Shown here piece after piece: positions 12,794 through 23,952 of a DNA stretch of 64,000 nucleotides. The notes beneath the pieces were generated by a model. The model was not told the DNA's origin. It saw nothing but the letters and a program-made list of their open reading frames with translations, and made no database searches. The translations under genes were made by a program, and so were the position numbers. Each line of letters begins with the position of its first letter. Position 1 is the first letter of the stretch. The stretch is from Octopus sinensis (taxonomy: Eukaryota): NCBI RefSeq assembly GCF_006345805.1, contig NC_042997.1, positions 23,002,001-23,066,000 of the forward strand. The letters are read 5' to 3'.

Positions 12794-12956
12794 GCATGCA
12801 AACCTTTGATGCAACCTTCTTCAATGCAGATCTCCAAGGCAACCTTCTCCAATGCATATCTTCGATGCAGCCTTGACCAATAGTACCCCTAGGAGGAGTT
12901 AGAACTAGATCGAGATTAGTCGCTGCCTTTTAGAGGCTCCCAAGCCCCCTTTCGCT
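12547..12956. repeat. 410-bp near-perfect palindrome
   Basis: Arms 12547-12726 and 12745-12956, 18-nt loop, (TA)n in both arms. Confidence 0.92.
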
Positions 12957-12993
12957 CATTGTTGGTGCCAATAATAAATGCAGTTAAACAGCA

Positions 12994-13200
12994 CAAGGGG
13001 CTAAACATAGAGGAGACAAACAAGGACAGACAAAATGACTGTCGCTTACATTGACACCAGTGCATAACTGGTACTTAATTTATCGACCCCAAAAGGATGA
13101 AAGGCAAAGTCGACCTCGGCAGAATTTGAACTCAGAATGTAATGGCAGACGAAATACTGCTAAGCATTTAGCCCGGTGTACTAACGTTTCTTGCTCACTT
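12994..13200 (-). mobile_element. tRNA-derived SINE (same family as 10546)
   Basis: Reverse-complement match incl. gaatttgaactcag B box. Confidence 0.85.
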
Positions 13201-13842
13201 TTGTCATGGTCACCACCAAAATCTGTAGGTGTATAGAAATAGATTGGACAGTGGAGACAGCACCATATATCTGAACTGTCACATTACCCCTCGTATAATT
13301 CATTACTGCATCTCTGTATGTACAATATAGTCTTCAGCTAGGCAAACGTAGCTTAAGTGGAAAGATAGATACGTAGGTCATGCTTTATTGTTTGATCAGG
13401 GCTAACAAGGAGCTACACAATGATGGAGCCAATTTCCTTTGAGCAATAGACAAGCCAAGAGATACAAAATATTTTGTCTAAAATTACATTTCTTTCAGAT
13501 AATACAGGTCTGAAATATGAAATCATTTAAATATCACAATGTAAAATGTTATACAGTTTACTAAATGCTCACATAATTAGGGCAAAAATGCTCTAATTAT
13601 GTCTAATTTGTCTTTTGTACATACATACTGTATAGTGCTTAGTCTCCACTGTTATTTTATGAAAACTGGGTTTCAATTTCTTCAGAAAATTTTGGAAGTA
13701 TATTTAAAGCATTTATTTCATTCCCTTTATTCACTCTTTATAGTTCCTTTCATTCATGAAATCTTCGTCTTTGAATTTAAACAAATGTTTTTCTATTCAA
13801 ATGAAAATTTAACTTGTATAAAAATTTTTATAAATTTTGTAG

Positions 13843-13944
13843 ATGCTTTCAAAAAATTGTGAATATGAAATTCAGGGAGTTATCAAAGAAGCTGCTTTGG
13901 ATTATCAACAAGACCCTATTTTGGCAAAGGCTTGTCATGAGGAA
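13843..13944 (+). CDS. GLG1: GLG1 exon J
   Basis: tag|...|gtaagt; MLSKNCEYEIQGVIKEAALDYQQDPILAKACHEE. Confidence 0.95.
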
Positions 13945-14202
13945 GTAAGTTTTATACTGTTATTGTCACATTCAATATTTTTTTTCTGCAGTATATTTTA
14001 GAGGTGGGATAACTTAGTAATTGAATTCACGCAATATCTGCACACAAGTATTTGAGTTGATATTAGCAGTTTTTAGCATTTGCTTTATGTCCACTGAATT
14101 GATTTTGTCATTAAGTCTGTACTGTGGTTTCAAGTGGCTTTGAACACGTAAGAGGTATAGCAATATCACAGGAAGGTTAACAGAGATAATAGTCTTTGTG
14201 TG

Positions 14203-15058
14203 TGGCAGATGTGTGGGTGCATTAAAAATGTGCAGACAATAGACCCATGAGATGCTTGGAGGTAGTGGGGAGGGATCATTAGAAGTAGTAGATAGCTTCT
14301 GTTAGCTAAGTGACCAAGATGGTAGTGGAGGAGGAAGTTCTGAAAGTGTAATTGCTAGAATTAGAATTGGCTGGACAAAGTTCAGAGGGTTTCTACCTCT
14401 GTTGGTAACTAAAGGGCTCTGTAGATTGTATGATGCCTGTATACGTACAGCTATGCTACATGGCATTGAAACATGGGCTTTGATTACTTAAGACTTGCAA
14501 AGGCTCAAAAGAAATGAAGCTACCAGTACTCTGCTGGATGGGTAATGTCAGTGTGAATGATTTAAGAGGAAAACTGGGTATAAGAGGCATTGGTCATGTG
14601 ATGGGTTTGGATGAGGACAACTGCGTAAAGAAATGCGAAGCTCTAATCATGGAGGGAACCTGTGGAAGGGGTAGACCCAGGAAAACGTGGGACAAAGTGG
14701 TGAGAAAGGATCTTCGGATGCTGCACTTCACTGAGGAAATAACAAGGAACTGAGAGTTGTGGCGATTTGCTGTGCTTGAGAAGACTCACCAAGCTGAGTA
14801 AAATTGTTGTCATCCATACATGTCCTTTTCAGTTGCTGGTGTCACATTAAAAGCACTCATTCTGGTGCTGCGTAAATGCACCCATACTGGTGGCACATAA
14901 AAAGTAAAGCGGTTGATGTTAAGAAGGGCATCCAGCCATAGAAACCATGTCACAACAGACAATTGGAGTCTGGACAGCTCCCTGCTAACCAGTTCCATGT
15001 CAAACCATTCAGCCTATGCCATCATGGAAAGCAGATATTAAATGATGATGATGATGAT
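14203..15058 (+). mobile_element. RTE LINE 3' fragment (decayed ORF2 end + 3' UTR)
   Basis: GTCGRGRPRKTWDKVVRKDLRML...; (GAT)n tail. Confidence 0.88.
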
Positions 15059-17003
15059 AATGTATGTCTCCAATTTTTGATATGTGAGCTAAATTTAGTA
15101 GTTACTTAGAAATTCATTAATAACTGTTTTTGTACATGTTTACTGGATATTTATTCAGAACTGTTTAGTTAAGGTGTCAGATGGAGAAATTGTCTAACTC
15201 TTTTGTTGTATTTCTTATTGTGTTTGAATTAGATTTAAAATAATCACAGATTTGGACTGATTTCAAAAAATCAACTATAACTTATATATAATAATCTGCC
15301 CGTTATACTTTAGTTAGTTAGAGAGGTGGAATAAAAGTGAGAGAGAGAAGGGAGGAGTGTGTGTAGAGAAAAATGTATAATAAGGCCACATGCATCATAT
15401 GATTGGTTGAAGGGAGAGATGAAGAACAAGAGTGAGAGAAAAATGGAAGAGAGAAGTGTTAATGATGTGCTGTAGGGCCGAGAGGGAAAGGTAAATAGAA
15501 AGAGTGACATATAGGATACAATATTTAGCAGAGGGTGATGCTCTGCTGGTTAGGTTAAAGAAAGACAGATAGGGAGAGATGGACAGGGGAGGCAGTTACA
15601 TTAAGAGAGAGAGGCAGATAGCACTTGTATTGTCAGAAAAAGTAGATATAGACAAACAGCTGGACTGAAATGAAATGAAATCAGCTTTATTACTGAAAAC
15701 TATAGTGGCGATGGTGATGGTGGTTGTGTGTTGATAGTGAAAAGTATTTTTTCTATTGAACTAAATCTATAATAGTTCGTTCACACTTGACGTTTTAGTT
15801 TGTTAGAAAGGAACTGGAGTGAAAGAGAGGAAGAGGGAATATGAGAGTGTGTGACAGAGCAGATAGCCAGTTGATGCATTATACTGTGTCTCATGTGGTT
15901 AGTGCAAGTGAAAGGTAGAAGAAAGAGAAATGTTGCTATGAAGAGGGGAATTACATAGTTAAAATGTTTGTTGAAGAGGTAGGAAGAAAGAGAGAAATAT
16001 AAAGTGCTTAGTAGAGGGAAATTTTAAAACCATATAACTTATTATTGTGACTGGAAAGGAAATAACCTAGCAAAATAAAAATGCAGATCATCCTTTCTTA
16101 AATAACTTCTCTTAATTCCTTTTGTTCGGTGAAATTTCCACAGGTTCCACTAGTTTTTTTTTTCTAATATATTAAAGTGATGCTTCAAATGCGATTTACA
16201 AAATGCTCTTAAATTAATCTGTTGTGAAATTTTGTCTCAAAACTACTTTAATTACATGCAGGTAAGCATAGGTAAAATATAAAGTCTAACATTAGTTATA
16301 TTTTATTAAAATATCACCATATGAAATGAGTTATTAGATAATTCTATATTATATTACTATATATCTATGTATTTAAGGCAGAAATATCCAATTATGTATG
16401 GTCTGTCTTCTTTTGTACTTTGTTTACATTTTACATAACGATTGGTCTGTCATTATGAGATAAATTACTTGAACTGGAATAGATAAAAGTAAATAACAGG
16501 TTTTGAGTTATGAGAATGGCCAATTGGGCTTGATTTCTTCAGAAAATTTTGGAAAAGAAATATTTAAGAAATTTTTATTCCCTTCTCTTTCTGAAAACAT
16601 TGTTTGTACTACTGCTGACTAACTTGTTTTTACACTAAAAATTAAAATATCCTATTTGGAGTCCAAGACATGTACTTGATGCAAGAATTTCTAAGTTATT
16701 ATTGTGATGTACCATTTACCTGTAATGTTTTACTGGTGTAAAATAGAAAAGCATGAAAGAAGCAGATACAACTACATCAGCTTCATTTCGATGGTGCACA
16801 GAGAACAGGTGATGGAAAACTCAATATCTATAGTATTGCAGTAAAAAATTGACAGATTTTTTTCAGTCATATGTTTTGTTTGCAAATTTGGAAAGCATTT
16901 CTCATTTGCTTTTTATATGATGATATTAATTTGTAAGTCTGCAGCTGTCCTTTTCCTCAATTGTTTTACTTTGTTTCATTTCATATCTCCTGTGATAAAG
17001 CTA

Positions 17004-17405
17004 TACTCTTTACTTGTTTCAGTCATTTGACTGCGGCCATGCTGGAGCACCACCTTTAGTCGAGCAAATCGACCCCGGGACTTATTCTTTGTAAGCCCAG
17101 TACTTATTCTATCGGTCTCTTTTGCCGAACCGCTAAGTGACGGGGACGTAAACACACCAGCATCGGTTGTCAAGCAATGCTAGGGGGACAAACACAGACA
17201 CACAAACATATACACACACATACATATATATATACATATATACAACAGGCTTCTTTCAGTTTCCGTCTACCAAATCCACTCACAAGGCATTGGTCGGCCC
17301 GGGGCTATAGCAGAAGACACTTGCCCAAGATGCCACGCAGTAGGAATGAACCCGGAACCATGTGGTTGGTAAGCAAGCTACTTACCACACAGCCACTCCT
17401 GCGCC
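17004..17405 (-). mobile_element. Young tRNA-derived CORE-type SINE (OR2-like)
   Basis: Minus strand ggcgcaggagtggctgtgtggtaag (A box), ggcatcttgggcaagtgtcttct (CORE-like), internal microsatellite, ...gactgaaacaagtaaaagag tail. Confidence 0.88.
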
Positions 17406-17437
17406 TATATATATACTATATATATATTACTGAAAAG

Positions 17438-17665
17438 GGTGGCAAGCTGGCAGAAGCGTTAGCATGCCGAACAAAATGTTGAGTGGTATTTTGTCTGCCA
17501 TTACATTCTGAGTTCAAATTCTGCCGAGGTCCACTTTGCCATTCATCCTTTCGTGGTCAATTAATAAAGTACCAGTTACGCACTGGGGTCAATGTAATTA
17601 ACTTTATCTCTTTGTCTTTGTTTGTCCCCTCTATGTTTAACCTCCTGTGGGCAATAAAGAAATAT
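17438..17665 (+). mobile_element. tRNA-derived SINE (10546 family)
   Basis: ggtggcaagctggcagaagcgttag...gagttcaaattc. Confidence 0.85.
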
Positions 17666-17789
17666 GTATATATATTACTGTTGTTCTGCCCCAAATTTTG
17701 ACTGGATGTACTTATAGCATTGTTGTTGCTAGCTTTTTGTAAAGTTTTGATGATATCTAATTCAATGTTCCTTCATTGTTTGGTTTTAG

Positions 17790-17930
17790 ATCACCCAGTA
17801 TTGTTTTGAAGACGCTAATAAAAAAGATAATGCACCATATGAGGTTGAAGATAATGGTAAAGGGCGTATTTCAGAATGCTTGAAAGATAAACTGAAAGAT
17901 GGTTCCATTAAAAATAAAATGTGTGTCAAG
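17790..17930 (+). CDS. GLG1: GLG1 exon K
   Basis: tag|...|gtttgt; ITQYCFEDANKKDNAPYEVEDNGKGRISECLKDKLKDGSIKNKMCVK. Confidence 0.92.
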
Positions 17931-18268
17931 GTTTGTGTTGTATTTTTTTTTCTATACTTTAATATCACTAGGTTTTAAAAATTAGCCCAAATAATGAATT
18001 TAGGATTCCACCCAGCTTCTTTCTGTATCTAGTTTGCCATGGCCACGTGTATTTTCATTTCAATTTCAGCCAGATTCCCTTTTTCATTGCAAAATACTTA
18101 GGTGATAAATTTGCTGATTAAAATGTACTTGTATATTAATTTAGTGTTAATAATTTTATTATGATGATGATGATAATAATAATAAAAATACTACAGCTTT
18201 TCTTCTAAGCCCATCCAGCTATGTAGTGTGTAAACTTAGTATGCACCAGATCTGAGCCCAGTGTCTGT

Positions 18269-19255
18269 CATCATCATCGTTTAGCGTCCGCTTTCCATGC
18301 TGGCATGGGTTGGACGGTGCAACTGGGGTCTGGGAAGCCAGAAGGCTGCACCAGGCCCAGTCTGATCTGGCAATGTTTCTACGGCTGGATGCCCTTCCTA
18401 ACACCAACCACTCCATGAGTGTAGTGGGTGCTTTTTACGTGCCACCGGCACGGAGGCCAGGCCAGGCTGGCAAACGGCCACGATCGGATGGTGCTTTTTA
18501 CGTGCCACCCGCACGGAGGCCAGTCGGGGCGGCGCTGACAACGGCCACGTTCGGATGGTTCTCTTATGTGCCACCGGCACTGGTATCACAGCTACAATTT
18601 CCATTGATGTTGATCGATTTTGATTTTTGATTTTTTGATTTTCACTTGCCTCAACAGGTCTTCACAAGTAGAGTTTTGTGTCCCAAGAAGGAAAGGTATG
18701 CATAAGTGGACTGGGTTATGGTCTCACTTGTCCTGCCGGGTCTTCTCACGCACAGCATACTTCCAAAGGTCTCGGTCTCTAGTCATTTCCTCGGTGAGAC
18801 CTAAAGTTCGAAGGTCATGCTTCACCACCTCATCCCAGGTTTTCCTGGGTCTGCCTCTTCCACAGGTTCCTTCAACAGCTAGGGTGTGGCACTTTTTTGC
18901 CCAACTATCTTCATCCATTCTCGCCACATGGCTAACCGGCGCAAACGTCTCTCTTGCACACTGCAACTGATGCTTCTTAGGTCTAACTTCTCTCTCAAGG
19001 TACTTACACTCTGTCGAGTATGAACACTGACATTACACATCCATCGGAGCATACTGGCTTCATTTCTTGCGAGCTTACGCATATCCTCAGCAGTCACGGC
19101 CCATGTTTCACTGCCATGTAGCATGGCTGTTCGTACACATGCATCATATAGTCTACCTTTTACTCTGAGCAAGAGGCCTTTTGTCCCCAGCAGGGTAAGA
19201 GCTCTCTGAACTTTGCCCAAGCTATTCTTACTCTAGCAGTTACACTTTCAAAACT
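18269..19255 (-). mobile_element. RTE LINE 3' end: ORF2 C-terminus continuous with tandem-unit 3' UTR and (GAT)n
   Basis: KGRLYDACVRTAMLHGSETW and GRGRPRKTWDEVVKHDLRTLGLTEEMTRDRDLWKYAVREKT, followed by the same tail seen in the short copies. Confidence 0.93.
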
Positions 19256-19379
19256 CCCAAATATTGTTCCATTTTCTTGCTGCTGTTCATGAATCAATTG
19301 CTCAATTGCTTGCTCTTTTTGAATTAACAGCTAAGTTGTTGTTATTATTCAAATGTGGCTTCGTTAACGAAATCTTTTC

Positions 19380-20545
19380 ACACACTCTACCCCAACAAAT
19401 CGCTCTACATTTCTTCTCTTCTTCACATTTCCTCCTTCATATACTATGCTTACCTCTCACTCTCCAATCCTGTCCTCATGGCCCTGTTTCTTGTTTCTTT
19501 ATTGCTCACAAGGAGCTAAACACAGAGGGGACAAACAAAGACAGACAAACGGATTAAGTCGATTATATCGACCCCAGTGCGTAACTGGTACTTAATTTAT
19601 CGACCCCGAGAGGATGAAAGGAAAAGTTGACCTCGGTGGAATTTGAACTCAGAACACAGCGGCAGACGAAATACTGCTAAGCATTTCGCCCGGCCTGCTA
19701 ACGATTCTGCCATGGCCCTGTTTCTCTGTATCATTGCTATCTGGTTGCACCCCCCCCCACTCTGTATACCCAGATTTTTGCCACTCACTTCCCCCTCCCT
19801 CTCCACACTCTCATATCATGCTTCTTTTGCAATATTCTGCCACTTACATTATGACATTCAAACCTCAAAGGTATGCCCTAGCACTTGCCACCATCTATAT
19901 CTCTCTCTTCCTTTACTCAACCATCCCATTTATATTTTGATCCCTGTCCTTTGTGAGTATACCCAGCACTTTGCCACCATCTCTACCCTGCTGTCTCTCT
20001 CTCCTTCTGCTGCTCTTCCTTCAGGTTGGGTAACCATGTATCTCTTTAGCGAAAGCACACCTGTTTCTACCTTCATTCTTGATCTCCCTCTTTCTCTCTG
20101 TCTGGCTGGCTAACCATTTACCTCCTCTACAGCAAGACACCTGTTTCTATCTCTCTGTCTCAATATAACCTTTCATCTGACACAAGATCACCTCCTCCAA
20201 TGTCCCTCACCTCTCAAAGGATTTTTTTGTCTTGCAAGGTACTTGGTGACCCTACCAGTACAAGTACTACTTAAAAAGTATCCAGTCCACACTGTAAAGT
20301 GATTGGTGTTGGGAAGGGCATTGAGTTGTAAAAACCTTGCCAAAACTGACCTTGTCTGTGCTTGTGCCACATGAAAAGCACTAAGTTCACTCTGCTGAGT
20401 GGTTGGTGTTAAGAAGGGCATCCAGCTGTAAAAATCCTACAAAAACAGTCACAGAAGTCTGATGCATGCGTCTTCCTGGCTGGCTCATGTCAAACCATCC
20501 CACCCATGCCAGCAAGGAAGGCAGATGTTAAAAGATAATGATGAA
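19380..20545 (+). mobile_element. CT-rich non-coding element ending in an RTE tail
   Basis: Homologous in reverse to 62896-63395; split by the SINE at 19492-19710. Confidence 0.65.
19492..19710 (-). mobile_element. tRNA-derived SINE, slightly 5'-truncated, 15-bp TSD
   Basis: TSD catggccctgtttct at 19477-19491 and 19711-19725. Confidence 0.9.
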
Positions 20546-21219
20546 TTAAATTGTGTCATTAATATATTGGATGTTTGCCAATTTCTTAATCCATTTGTAT
20601 GTTATGCTTTCTGTAAGTATTTTTTACTTACTTGTACTTACTAGGCTAAATTCTGGGCTATGAACAAAATTAAGTTTCCATAAAATCTGACCCTGCTGTA
20701 CACTTATGTACACATTGTTATCTGTATCTAAACGTTATTCGACCTGCTATAAATGAAGTTACATCTGCCTCAGACCACACCCTACTATTTAAAAAAAGAT
20801 GACAGAGACATTAGATAATGTACCTCTTGGTATATAAAAGTTTAGGATAGTCATGTGTCTTCTTAATCAGGACTAACTTGGGGCTAAACACTCACAACTA
20901 AAATTTACTTACATTCACTTATTCTTTTAGTAGTTTCAGTTTTTGGACTACTGCCATGTTAGAGCACAGTCTCCAAAAGATTTTGTCAATTATATTAACC
21001 ACTGTACATCTTTTGGTATTTATTCTGTAAAGGAATGCAAATGAACAAAGTACATGTACACACACACTCACATTCTGTGAAGCAAGTTTCACTCACAATA
21101 CATCAAATCAATCTAAAGCTGTGTTAGAAAGCATTTAAGTTCAAACTAGAAACCGTTTTGGTTGTGAAATAAACTTCCTAACTTCATAGCTGCACCCAAA
21201 TTAGACACATTTACTTGAT

Positions 21220-21270
21220 AATTTGCACAGTGTGTTCCACTTAAATAAAGTGGAACACACTGTGCAAATT
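21220..21270. repeat. Perfect 23-bp hairpin with 5-nt loop
   Basis: aatttgcacagtgtgttccactt-aaata-aagtggaacacactgtgcaaatt. Confidence 0.95.
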
Positions 21271-21289
21271 CTTAGATATACAATATCTT

Positions 21290-21725
21290 CATCATCATCA
21301 TCATCATCAATTAACGTCCGCTTTCCATGCTAGCATGGGTTGGACGGTTCAACTGGGGTCTGGGGAGCCCGAAAGCTGCACCAGTCCAGTCAGATCTGGC
21401 AGTGTTTCTACAGCTGGATGCCCTTCCTAACGCCAACCACTCCGAGAGTGTAGTGGGTGATTTTATGTGCCACCGACACAGGTGCCAGACGAGGCTGGCA
21501 AACGGCCACGCTCGGATGGTGTTTTTTTATGTGCCACCGACACAGGTGCCAGACGAGGCTGGCAGACGGCCACGCTCGGATGGTGTTTTTTATGTGCCAC
21601 CGACACAGGTGCCAGACGAGGCTGGCAGACGGCCACGCTCGGATGGTGTTTTTATGTGCCACCGACACAGGTGCCAGACGAGGCTGGCAGACGGCCACGT
21701 CGGATGGTGTTTTTATGAGGCTGGC
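21290..21725 (-). mobile_element. Young RTE-tail element with 4 tandem 62-64 bp units
   Basis: Unit atgtgccaccgacacaggtgccagacgaggctggcagacggccacgctcggatggtgttttt. Confidence 0.9.
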
Positions 21726-23050
21726 AATCTTATGTTTTAATATCAGTTATACTTTACGATTAATTCTCATTTGTAGCATTCAATGTTTTTAGTAATGACG
21801 CTTATGAGAGCATTTGGACATTAGTATTTTAATCCTATACTCACTTTTACCAAAGTCAACCTGTGGGTGTTTTTACAAGGTTACTGTAGTGCATACTGCT
21901 ATACTCTATGCACAAAGACTTGCTGTGCAAAGGTGATGGTTGATGACAATTATAGATGCAATGCTGTAGAAACTTTGTTTTGGTCAGCGTTTCTAGTTTG
22001 AGCTTAAATGCTTTTTGTGTAAGTTGTTAGTTGTCTAATTAATAAAATTTTGTTTATCTGATTAGGTCAGGCTTTGTTTCTTTGAAGAATGTACTTGGAA
22101 CCTCTAGTTAAATTATTGTTCTTAATAGAAAGTGGAGTTTAGACAGTTATAAGCTTGAAAGCTTTGATTTCTGTGTCAGCGCTCTACAACATAACACAAG
22201 TCTATTAACCAAGTGTGGTTCTATTCCTCCCCTCTCTCTTTTTCCTTAATCTATCAGTTACAGAAACCAGCCTTACTTGCTCAGATTAGAAATGGAATAA
22301 ACACATCCCTTCAAAATGGAGTTGCTGGGGGCTGAAGCATCTCTTGTCTTGGAAGCATCCCTTATCTGCTTTATAATACAGTCCCAGTATGTCAAGGATG
22401 TGTTCTCAACAGGGGATAATATGAAGGAAAGTAACTGAAGTATTGCATATCGAAGTAATTATTTACTCTTAAGAAGTCAACAAGGGTGATAGTTTTCATG
22501 TATATACATAAATACTCATCAAAGTTGCTTGCTTGTATAATTTATAGTCTATGTCTGACCATATAGAGTTCAGTGGAATGGTTGTTAGCATTGCCAAGTG
22601 TATCCAGTTATTTATATATATATCAAATGGAGATCTTATAAAACTATTCTGCACATACAATAGCAGCCATACCAACAATCCAACACACCTCCATCATCAA
22701 CTGCCCCACAGATATCACTATGGTTTTGACACCAGGGCAGTACCATTCAATCCGGTGTTGTGAACAGCACTAAAATAAGTGTTGTTTGGGAACAAACATA
22801 CCTTAGATATCGCCACATTTATTCAATCTTAGTTCTAGGAAGGATTAAACGTTAACATTATTGATTAAACTACAACAAAAAAACTACATTTACCCTATGT
22901 ACAAATCAGTATCAGTAAATTAATTCTATAAGTAAACCTAAAACTAACTCCTAAATTAAATAATAAGAGTATAAATTAATATTATTAAATAATATCAATT
23001 TCAACTAGTGGTCAGCATACTTAAAAATGTCTGAGGACCGTGAATTCTAT

Positions 23051-23232
23051 TTAAATATAAACAACATGAGAGATTACTATGTGGATCCCTTGTATGCTAA
23101 AGATAGATGTCAGACTGTCTTACCATTAAATCTGTGTTACTAAGTTAAGAATACAGATTTAGTGGTAAGACGGTTTGATGTCTCTCTTTAGCATACAAGG
23201 GATCCACATAGTGATATATTGTTTATATTTAA
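23051..23232. repeat. 182-bp palindrome (MITE-like)
   Basis: Perfect 28-bp core 23076-23103 / 23185-23212; ttaaatataaac...gtttatatttaa termini. Confidence 0.85.
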
Positions 23233-23831
23233 CTCCTAAATTATCTAACTAAATAGCAACACAGCCCTTGAAGTCCATACAGGCAATATTCCCACCAGTC
23301 TTCCATAGTTATTAATATAAAAGTGAAAGCTTTTATATTCTATTCTTTCCAAAACAAAACAAAACAAACTCGATTGGACATAACTAATAATATAACTAAT
23401 TCTAAGTGAATTACACTATTTCATAACCAAAAGTTGATAATTAAAACACTCCGTAGATATTAAATATTCGTTATCCTTACATTAATGTTAAACTTATACC
23501 AGTAATTAAATAGATAATACTAAAATATCCTTATTGAATCAGAAACTACTAAAAGAATGCTTATAATTAACAATTATTCTTAAAAACCTTGTTACAATTA
23601 AAGCTAAATATATAACTATTTAAAAGATAATATAAAGTTTTACCATTTACATGTTATCTGGACACAAGGTTCAAGTCAACTATTTTTACAATATATATAT
23701 GTGTGTGTGTGTGTACAAAAAATTTTAAGCTGGAAAAAGCCAAATGCATTTGATTTACATATTTTCATAAAATATTGTACTTATTTAACTTATCATTACA
23801 TAAAATTCAAATATTTGTACTTTTCATACAG

Positions 23832-23952
23832 GAAATTGCTAGAATCATTTATGAAGGTTCTTCAGACATACATGTTGATCCAGTTTTACACACAGCTTGC
23901 AGAAGAGATATTCAGATCTTTTGTCAGAAAGTTCAACAAGGAATGGGACAAC
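23832..23952 (+). CDS. GLG1: GLG1 exon L
   Basis: cag|...|gtacgt; EIARIIYEGSSDIHVDPVLHTACRRDIQIFCQKVQQGMGQ, cf. human ADIFVDPVLHTAC. Confidence 0.96.

Noticed and set aside
21440-21715. CRISPR-like regular repeats
   Set aside because: Units are head-to-tail identical with no unique spacers, lie inside a retroelement 3' UTR, and the genome is eukaryotic.
23300-23640. Mitochondrial-looking AT-rich segment (NUMT?)
   Set aside because: No tRNA cloverleaf, rRNA motif or mitochondrial ORF could be confirmed. A BLAST against the mitogenome would settle it.
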